DNA of 64,000 nt from Bugula neritina. Lineage: Eukaryota > Animalia > Bryozoa. The position numbers and the translations under genes are program-made. The notes beneath the pieces are model-generated. The model did not search any database. It was not told where the DNA came from and saw only the letters and a program-made list of their open reading frames with translations. The DNA is taken from the NCBI GenBank assembly GCA_964035545.1, contig OZ037767.1:32070628-32134627 (forward strand), written 5' to 3'. Position 1 is the first letter of the stretch. The number at the start of each line of letters is the position of its first letter. Shown in pieces: positions 53,989-64,000 of the stretch.

Positions 53989-56900
53989 TTAGTTGAGCTG
54001 AAGGAAGAGCGAACTTGTGTCCAGTATTGACGCCAACTCCTTGACATAAAGCTGCAGATTTGGCTCTAATATTACCTCCGTCAGTGGAATCTCGGGGTGG
54101 CACGTTGGCACAAAGTTGGGACCCTGTGAAACAATGCATGAGGTCATAGTAACTTGAGCAGATGTTTTATAAGAAAAGTATGCATATCAAACCTGGTTAC
54201 CTTGGTTACTGGTAACCCTGGTTACCAGTAACCATGGTTACAGGTTACCTTGTTTACTGGTTACCCTGGTTATTGGTTACCCTGGTTACTGGTTACCCTG
54301 GTTACTGGTTACCCTGGTTACTGGTTACCATGGTTACAGGTTACCTTGAAAGCTCTGTGTAGAGTTAGTGTGGTGATGCAGAAGCAGTACCGCAACAGTA
54401 TCATTCTTAAGAACTCATCTCCATAAAACTGCATGTAGTCGTGAGCTAAAAACAGAAATCATCTCAACTCAGTATCACCTAGTAACTTTAGACAAGCAGC
54501 AGAACGCGAGGTCAACTGCAAAGAATGAAGAGTTTTTTATTTGTACCTTTTTGTAATATAAAAAAGTTTGTGAAACTATTATTGTATTCTTCTCACATTA
54601 AAATCTTTTTCAGCGCAACACACTAAAATGTAAATTCATAAACTTTAGGCAAGTAGGAATTCGAACATTACTAGTCCGTGTTAGACAGGAGGCACAGAGC
54701 TTGGGGTAGTCCCGCAGTAAATACTTACGCAGTTTCCGGCATTTGACAAAGAGCGAGGCGCAAGTATCGAGGTATTTGAAAACCACAGTCTGACATTTGA
54801 CCCACAGATCTTCTGGGACCTACAAGAACAGCTGTCACATATACAAGAACAACTGTCACATATACAAGAACAGCTGTTACATATACAAGAACAACTGTTA
54901 CATATACAAGAACAACTGTTACATATACAAGAACAACTGTTACATATACAAGAACAACTGTTACATATACAAGAACAGCTGTTACATATACAATAACAAC
55001 TGTTACATATACAATAACAACTGTTACATATACAAGAACAACTGTTACATATACAAGAACAACTGTTACATATACAAGAACAACCGTTACATGTACATAC
55101 AATAACATGTGCTAATACTTACGTCATCAATGTTGCAGACATAGAAGAAAGCCACAGTTGGGTTGAACAGGAAAAGTGTAAGCAGAGACCCCTGGTGTTG
55201 AGAGTCTGACATTGCAGGGGGCACATCCTGGGCAGCCATTAGCGATACCAGAGGTTGACCAAACAGTTTGGGAATAAACTGCAAGTATTATATACGCAGT
55301 ACAGTAATATATATTATATACGCAGTACAGTAATATATATTATATACACAGTATAGTAATACACATTATATACACAGTATAGTAATATATATTATATACC
55401 CAGTACAGTACTATGTATTATATATGCAGTATAGTAATATATATTATATATGCAGTATATAATATATATTATATACGCAGTATAGTAAAATACATTATAT
55501 ACGCAGTATATTAATATATATTACATATGCAGTACAGTAATATATATTATATAAATAGTACAGTAATATATATTATATACACAGTATAATAATATATATT
55601 ATATATATATAGTATAGTAATATATTATATACACAGTACAATAATATATATTACATACATAGTATAGTAATATATTATATACATAATACAGTAGCATATT
55701 ATATACATAATACAGTAATATATTATATACATAATACAGTAATATATATAATAAAATAGCCTGAGCTCACCTTGAAGCTGCTAGCGGTGGGGGAATCTAT
55801 TATTAGGAAAAGAGGCTTCCTAGTGTAGGGAATGAGGTCACCAGGGTGTACGCAGTGCATGTCGTGACCCACGGCTCTCTTACGCACCACTACACCACTG
55901 TCATCAGCTGTCCCACAGTTCATAGCAACTCCCCCGGTATCGTAACACGGCTACAGAATATACTACAACTAGTAATACTGTTATATACAACACTAAGAGT
56001 TATCACCTCACAACTAACAATACTGTTATATACAGTACTAAGAGTTACCACCTCACAACTAACAATACTGTTATATACAACACTAGGAGTATCACCTCAC
56101 AACTAACAATACTGTTATATACAGTACTAGGAGTTACCACCTCACAACTAACAATACTGTTATATACAGTACTAGGAGTTATCACCTCACAACTAACAAT
56201 ACTGTTATATACAGTACTAGGAGTTACCACCTCACAACTAACAATACTGTTATATACAGTACTAGGAGTTATCACCTCACAACTAACAATACTGCTGTAT
56301 ACAAAGAAAACTGCAAGCAGAGACGCACCTCATCTGAAGATTCCTTCTTGTTGGCTGGATAACTTGGCTCGCAGGAGAAATACAAGACGAGACAAGTTTG
56401 GGGAGGCAACTCCTTGAATGCTATGCTGATGTACGTCTGCATCTGAGCAAAGGTAGGCTTGTATAGCAGGTATTTGTGTGGATTGTGTCTTTTGATTGGC
56501 TGGTCATCAGCTGCCTGCCAATCAGACGTAAGAAAACAGGATATGAAGTCAGCACTATGCCTGGTGACGAGCAAACAAAGACATAGTAACAAATACCAGA
56601 GTGCACTAACACAGCATTATTCCATGTCTCCTCCCAGCAGGCCATTTCTTAGCATATAATAAAACTATAAGCGGATTTCTGAGTTAGAATTTGCTATTCA
56701 ACAAGCATTGAGTGAAGACAACTCCTGTATAACTCCAAGTATTTACTACTTAATTGAGAAGATGGGGGACCCACCGTGCCACTGCTGGGGGGTTTCACAA
56801 GTTTAGGGGTCACCATGACGAGGGACGACTCCGGTATTCGGTCCTTGAGAAGGTCGTCTTCCGGCTCGTATTCTACCGTCTGAAGCATCCTGTACATATC

Positions 56901-59900
56901 TAGTGTGAGCTCACTGAACTTTATCTGTCATATTACGGCATAGCATAATATATTACTAAGTAGTATAATATAATATAATACTACATAGTATAATATAACA
57001 TAACATAATATAACACGACATAGTATGACATACCTGCTGCCCGTTGTTGCCTATAATGATGACTTCCTGCACGTCGAGATAGCGCGGCACACTCCGGTCG
57101 AGAGGAATGACGGTGTCGAGGGAAATTCTGCTGCTGAGGTACATCGTCCTGCCGAACTGGTCCTTAACTCTGAGTAGTTGCTCGTTGTCAATAAACAACG
57201 CTGCCTGTATGATGTAATATAATGTATACAGTGCTGCCTGTATGATGTAATATAATGTATACAGTGCTGCCTGTATGATGTAATATAATGTATACAGTGC
57301 TGCCTGTATGATGTAATATAATGTATACGGTGCTGCCTGTATGATGTAATATAATGTATACAGTGCTGCCTGTATGATGTAATATAATGTATACAGTGCT
57401 GCCTGTATGATGTACTATAATGTATAGAGTGCTGCCTGTATGATGTAATATAATGTATACAGTGCTGCCTGTATGATGTAATATAATGTATACAGTGCTG
57501 CCTGTATGATGTAATATAATGTATACAGTGCTGCCTGTATGATGTAATATAATGTATACAGTGCTACCTGTATGATGTAATATAATGTATACAGTGCTGC
57601 CTGTATGATGTAATATAATGTATACAGTGCTGCCTGTATGATGTAATATAATGTATACAGTGCTGCCTGTATGATGTAATATAATGTATACAGTGCTGCC
57701 TGTATGATGTAATATAATGTATACAGTGCTGCCTGTATGATGTAATATAATGTATACAGTGCTGCCTGTATGATGTAATATAATGTATACAGTGCTGCCT
57801 GTATGGTGTAATATAATGTATACAGTGCTGCCTGTATGATGTAATATAATGTATACAGTGCTGCCTGTATGATGTAATATAATGTATATAGTGCTGCCTG
57901 TATGATGTAATATAATGTATATAGTGCTGCCTGTATGATGTAATATAATGTATACAGTGCTGCCTGTATGATGTAATATAATGTATACAGTGCTGCCTGT
58001 ATGATGTAATATAATGTATACAGTGCTGCCTGTATGATGTAATATAATGTATATAGTGCTACCTGTATGATGTAATATAATGTATATAGTGCTGCCTGTA
58101 TGATGTAATATAATGTATACAGTGCTGCCTGTATGATGTAATATAATGTATATAGTGCTGCCTGTATGATGTAATATAATGTATACAGTGCTGCCTGTAT
58201 GATGTAATATAATATATACAGTGCTGCCTGTATGATGTAATATAATGTATACAGTGCTGCCTGTATGATGTAATATAATGTATACAGTGCTGCCTGTATG
58301 ATGTAATATAATGTATACAGTGCTGCCTGTATGATGTAATATAATGTATACAGTGCTGCCTGTATGATGTAATATAATATATACAGTGCTGCCTGTATGA
58401 TGTAATATAATGTATACAGTGCTGCCTGTATGATGTAATATAATGTATACAGTGCTGCCTGTATGATGTAATATAATGTATACAGTGCTGCCTGTATGAT
58501 GTAATATAATGTATACAGTGCTACCTGTATGATGTAATATAATGTATACAGTGCTACCTGTATGATGTAATATAATGTATACAGTGCTGCCTGTATGATG
58601 TAATATAATGTATACAGTGCTGCCTGTATGATGTAATATAATGTATACAGTGCTGCCTGTATGATGTAATATAATGTATACAGTGCTGCCTGTATGATGT
58701 AATATAATATATACAGTGCTGCCTGTATGATGTAATATAATGTATACAGTGCTGCCTGTATGATGTAATATAATGTATACAGTGCTGCCTGTATGATGTA
58801 ATATAATGTATACAGTGCTGCCTGTATGATGTAATATAATGTATATAGTGCTGCCTGTATGATGTAATATAATGTATACAGTGCTGCCTGTATGATGTAA
58901 TATAATGTATACAGTGCTGCCTGTATGATGTAATATAATGTATACAGTGCTACCTGTATGATGTAATATAATGTATATAGTGCTGCCTGTATGATGTAAT
59001 ATAATGTATATAGTGCTGCCTGTATGATGTAATATAATGTATACAGTGCTGCCTGTATGATGTAATATAATATATACAGTGCTGCCTGTATGATGTAATA
59101 TAATATATATAGTGCTGCCTGTATGATGTAATATAATGTATACAGTGCTGCCTGTATGATGTAATATAATATATACAGTGCTGCCTGTATGATGTAATAT
59201 AATATATATAGTGCTGCCTGTATGATGTAATATAATGTATACAGTGCTACCTGTATGATGTAATATAATGTATACAGTGCTGCCTGTATGATGTAATATA
59301 ATGTATACAGTGCTGCCTGTATGATGTAATATAATATATACAGTGCTGCCTGTATGATGTAATATAATGTATACAGTGCTACCTGTATGATGTAATATAA
59401 TGTATACAGTGCTACCTGTATGATGTAATATAATGTATACAGTGCTACCTGTATGATGTAATATAGTGTATACAGTGCTGCCTGTATGATGTAATATAAT
59501 GTATACAGTGCTGCCTGTATGATGTAATATAATGTATACAGTGCTGCCTGTATGATGTAATATAATGTATACAGTGCTGCCTGTATGACATAGTATCTAC
59601 CTCATTGGCTACTAGCACCCAATCTTTGTCATCGGAGTCGAATGTATTTTTGTAGTCTTTAATCTGTTTGGTTAGTTCCTAAAAAATGACATCACAGTAT
59701 TTATAAATTCCTGATTACGGGTTGACAAGTGAGTGAGAGAGATTGACAAGTGAGTGAGAGAGATTGACAAGTGAGAGAGAGATTGACAAGTGAGAGAGAT
59801 TGACAGGTGAGAGAGATTGACAAGTGAGAGAGAGATTGACAGGTGAGAGAGAGAGAGATTGACAAGTGAGTGAGAGATTGACAGGTGAGAGAGAGAGAGA

Positions 59901-61775
59901 TTGACAAGTGAGTGAGAGATTGACAAGTGAGAGAGAGATTGACAGGTGAGAGAGTGAGAGATATTGATTTAAGGATAAGAAGTTTACCTTAACTAACTCA
60001 GACACTATATTCATCCTCCTGAGCAAAAGAGCTACGACAATAAACCTTGTGTAGTATCGTAACTTTTTCAGCATCACATCTGGCCTATGAAGTATCAGCA
60101 TACAATACATAATATATACTCTGTATAATATACACTTCATATAATACATACTCTGTATAATATATACTCTGTATAATATATACTCTGTATAATATATACT
60201 TCATATAATATATACTCTGTATAATATATACTCTGTATAATATATACTCTGTATAATATATACTCTGTATAATATATACTCTGTATAATATATACTTCAT
60301 ATAATATATACTCTGTATAATATATACTTCATATAATATATACTCTGTATAATATATACTCTGTATAACATATACTCTGTATAATATATACTTCATATAA
60401 TATATACTCTGTATAATATATACTCTGTATAACATATACTCTGTATAATATATACTTCATATAATATATACTCTGTATAATATATACTTCATATAATATA
60501 TACTCTGTATAATATATACTTCATATAATATATACTCTGTATAATATATACTTCATATAATATATACTCTGTATAATATATACTCTGTACAATATATACT
60601 TTATATAATGTATACTAACGTTTCATGTTTCTTAGCCTTAGCATAGTAAGACCTTGTACGAATAGCTGTGTAGAAGGAAAAGGCTTCATGGAGGTAGTTT
60701 GGTTCACTGGTCCTAAGACTACACAAACGAAATGTCCTGCTTCAATTAAAAGTGTTTGTCACATGTTCCTATGGTGTATAGTATGTAGTGTATAGTATGT
60801 AGTGTATAGTATGTAGTGTATAGTATGTAGTGTATAGTATGTAGTGTATAGTATGTAGTGTATAGTGTGTAGTCTATAGTGTATAGCATATAGTGTATAG
60901 CATATAGTGTATAGCATATAGTGTATAGTGTATAGCATATAGTGTATAGTATGTAGTCTATAGTATATAGTATGTAGTGTATAGTGTATAGTATGTAGTG
61001 TATCGTGTATAGTATGTAGTGTATAGCGTGTAGTGTATAGTGTAGTGTGTAGTGTATAGTATGTAGCATATAGTGTATAGCATGTAGTCTATAGTGTATA
61101 GCTCACTAGTAATGGTAGTAGAGTTGTCCTATCTTTGAAGCTATTTCTCCGATCTGCCACCGTTTTAACTTGTAAAACTCTTCAAGAACTTTTCTGAAAG
61201 AAGAGAGAGTAGAGAGTAGAGAGTAGAGAGAGATGCTGATAGTAACAAGCTACTAATAATACAATTATCAACTCTCAACTCTACCTGTGCTCTTGCTGAA
61301 ACTTCCAAAGTCTTGTGTAAACTTCAAATGTACGAGCAAAGTATGGCTGCCACAGCTTGGCCCCGTATTGAGGAATTTCTCTGCAACACACAACTAGTTC
61401 TTGTAACAGCATTTCAATGTGATTTATTACCTAGTTGAAATGGGTAAAGAAAACTAGTCAAATATCTTTCAACAAATTTCAGATACACGAAACTTTCTAA
61501 ACATTCTACAAAACCATTACAGCACCTTTCCAAACTGAAGGTATATATTTAAGATTGCCTTTATTTCAAGCATTGCGAACCAGACCATTTACTACATGAC
61601 TACATAATTTGTGAAGAAATACTTACTTGAGTCCATTAAATAAGTTTTTAGATTTCTCTAGCAAATGGGCAAATTCTAGAACAGTAGCCTTAGCCGCAGC
61701 AATGTCAAGGTCATCTTTATTGTTCGCCACTACCCCATCTTTCTGAACCTCTTCTTCTGAAACCGTGCTATCCAT
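53989..61775 (-). CDS. SCAI: Protein SCAI (suppressor of cancer cell invasion) homolog, 14 exons, about 591 aa (61775-61627, 61380-61285, 61193-61107, 60718-60620, 60084-59988, 59678-59601, 57204-57034, 56924-56775, 56514-56329, 55950-55771, 55278-55123, 54819-54729, 54445-54345, 54123-53989)
   Basis: Spliced translation contains SCAI hallmarks LLEKSKNLFNGLKEIPQYG, LKRWQIGEIASKIGQLYYHYYLRTSE, KKLRYYTRFIVV, KFSELTLDMYRMLQ, NPHKYLLYKPT, HPGDLIPYTRKPLFLIIDS and QFYGDEFLR; all introns are GT-AG. Confidence 0.95.
54193..54345. repeat. GGTTACC-based repeat starting at the SCAI exon 13 donor (AG|GTAACC on minus)
   Basis: Direct reading. Confidence 0.88.
54822..55098. repeat. 21-bp minisatellite abutting the SCAI exon 12 acceptor
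   Basis: Minus-strand unit AGTTGTTCTTGTATATGTAAC; last copy ends TGTTCTTGTAG|. Confidence 0.92.
55965..56300. repeat. 45-bp intronic minisatellite in SCAI
   Basis: Unit CACCTCACAACTAACAATACTGTTATATACAGTACTAGGAGTTA(T/C). Confidence 0.92.
57200..59588. repeat. 33-bp acceptor-junction minisatellite, about 72 copies, filling SCAI intron 6
   Basis: Plus-strand unit GCTGCCTGTATGATGTAATATAATGTATACAGT. Confidence 0.98.
59722..59960. repeat. TTGACA(A/G)GT(GA)n intronic repeat in SCAI
   Basis: Direct reading. Confidence 0.9.
60110..61100. repeat. Two AT-rich intronic arrays in SCAI (ATAATATATACTCTGT, 60110-60612; TAGTGTATAGTATG, 60775-61100)
   Basis: Direct reading; they flank exon 60718-60620. Confidence 0.9.
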
Positions 61776-64000
61776 AATGCAAAGCTGTGGGTGTGTCAGT
61801 TCAAAGCCAATTCGAGAGTAATATGCTAATAGCAGTATGCTTAAAGCTGCATGCTAACAGGTGTATGCTAACAGAAATATGCTCATAAATGTATGCTAAT
61901 AGATGGATGCTAATAGAAGGATGCTAATATAGTTTTCAATGAACAATTCAAACTAACCAATGAATGTAAAAATATTCTCTCACATTTTCAACACGCACCT
62001 TAAGCAACTATTTGTAAAAACAAATGATGACCTGGGCTACTAATTTTTCTATCACTGCACCCAATTATATTGGTTACGATTAATATTTTTAAAAGATAAA
62101 ATTATTATAACTGAGTATAAATATGAATATAAATTATATCGATGTCAACTTTAAATTGAACAACTATTTTACTTTTAGTAGAACTTTAAATATAAACATA
62201 AATCTGGCCCTGTAAATAAAAACTCTATTTGTAACAAATTAAATATAATCTCAATAATAATTACAGATTAAAGTAATACAAAGTTAAATAATAGACATTA
62301 AATATAATTAGTATTACTATAACTAATAGTAAAACTAAATGGAATAGCTACTAAATACTAATACTAATAGAGTAATACTATTGCTAATATTAATAATCAT
62401 AATGACAGTGTAATATTATTTTTAAAATGAATATTATTATATTTATAAATAATTATAACTATAAGTATAATAACATTAAATCAAATCAATAAAATTAAAT
62501 GTATAGTTAGTAATTGTAATTAAAATCATCAATAAAAGTAATTTTACAATCATACGAGTTGCAACTTTAACTTGCATTAGCATTGCCACTAGACTTAAAA
62601 GATGGTGATGCATTAAAACTGAATGTTTATCACTTAAACTTAAAGTTTATGTGATCATCAGACAATGACATCGTCATCAGGCTTAGCCGTAACGTTAGGA
62701 AAATTCTTAGGCTTATGGCTATGCTTGATTGGACTAAAGTTTGTCTAAAGTCATTGGGCCAAAATTAATAATTAGTTTCAGACTTATTTTTAATAACACG
62801 GTTGTTGAGGATGAAATAATGTAGGTGTACCCCTTATGATTAAAATGAGTATGTGATAAAGTTGAACCACAAGTTTGAGTTTTCTAAGTAACTTGGAATT
62901 TGTGTTCATATCAATGGTTACAACTTACAAAGTCAAACTAGTAAATGTTAGCGCGTGAGTGAATTACTATTTGAACTGACTTGAGAAAATATATAAAAAT
63001 ACTTAGCATCAGATATAATAGTTATATATATTGCGTATCTCAAGCTAAAACAAAGATTAGTGATTCCAATTTGATGGTAATTCTCACAATCGTTACAAAG
63101 GGTCAATAGGTCAAAGGGTTGGAATAAATAAATCGTTCTAAATCGCGATTGTATGAAGTTTGATATATTAGTTCGGGCCAAAGGTCCAACTCAGACGGTC
63201 TACTCCAAAGGCTTGAAGGTTATATATCACGCTGGTCTGATCTAGCCCATCTTCTTAGCCCGACTAAATACATGTCCCACGGGCTCTAACTTTACTACTA
63301 GTAGTATTATAACGATAGTTGTTGCCGCCAAACTTTCACCTGCTTTCTCATAGATTTTATAAAGTCCATGATCAGCATCACTTTAATTTTATTAATTTGG
63401 TATAATCACTACCTATAGGCTATGTCATTTATCATTTATTATTCATACTGCATTTTGAAATTAACTAATTAAATTTAAATTAAAACTTAAAGTCTAAATT
63501 AAATTTACTATTTACTAATTTAGTCAATACTCAAGTCAATACTGAGACTTATACTTATACTTATATTCAAACTGATAGTGACACTGATACTCATAATATT
63601 AATTATACTTAATCTTATAGTTATAGTAATCATGGTGACTGGGTCTGGTGAGTGATGGGCAAATTCTGACTCACTGGTGGTCATAATGATAATAATTATA
63701 TTTATCATGATAATGATATTGATATAATATTAATAATTTGGCATTAGTCATTACCGATTACGGGTTACTCTGTGAGTGAGTGTTATTATAAATAATAATC
63801 GGAATATAGTAAAGTAAGTAATACTAATACAATACTAATACTAATAGTAATACTAATAGTAGTAAATGTAATAGTTATAACATATAAATTTATGGCCATG
63901 GTGATGGTGATTATCATTATAATTATTATTATGCTCATCATTAATGATTATGGCAGTATTTAGAGTTAATGTATTTCTAACTGTTGGACCTAGTTAATTT

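Noticed and set aside
62000-64000. Possible gene or mobile element in the AT-rich end of the window
   Set aside because: No convincing ORF, splice pattern or terminal repeats found by eye.

Overview
Eukaryotic (invertebrate-animal-like) AT-rich genomic DNA with spliceosomal introns; most supplied ORFs are partial exons or artefacts of tandem repeats. Manual splicing gives four genes and one transposon. (1) A minus-strand gene for a secreted Gly/Asn/Gln-rich repetitive protein (ATG 2019). (2) A plus-strand polycystin-1-family gene of about 80 coding exons (3674-46119, about 4,550 aa by my exon sum): signal peptide, four C-type lectin (CTL) domains, WSC, PKD repeats, cbEGF, REJ, GAIN/GPS, PLAT, TOP and channel helices. 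(3) A small minus-strand single-pass membrane protein with PSAP and PPxY motifs. (4) An internally deleted, intron-containing P-superfamily (THAP9-like) transposon with 8-bp target-site duplication (49549-52837). (5) A complete 14-exon SCAI gene on the minus strand (61775-53989). Main observations: most long introns are filled by their own private minisatellite, and the unit is often a copy of the adjacent splice junction, giving ladders of up to about 72 decoy splice sites. The polycystin ectodomain has domains nested inside other domains as phase-1 cassettes. Its GPS autoproteolysis motif is broken while two furin sites appear upstream. All exon coordinates are manual and may be off by a base or two; none is confirmed by transcripts.
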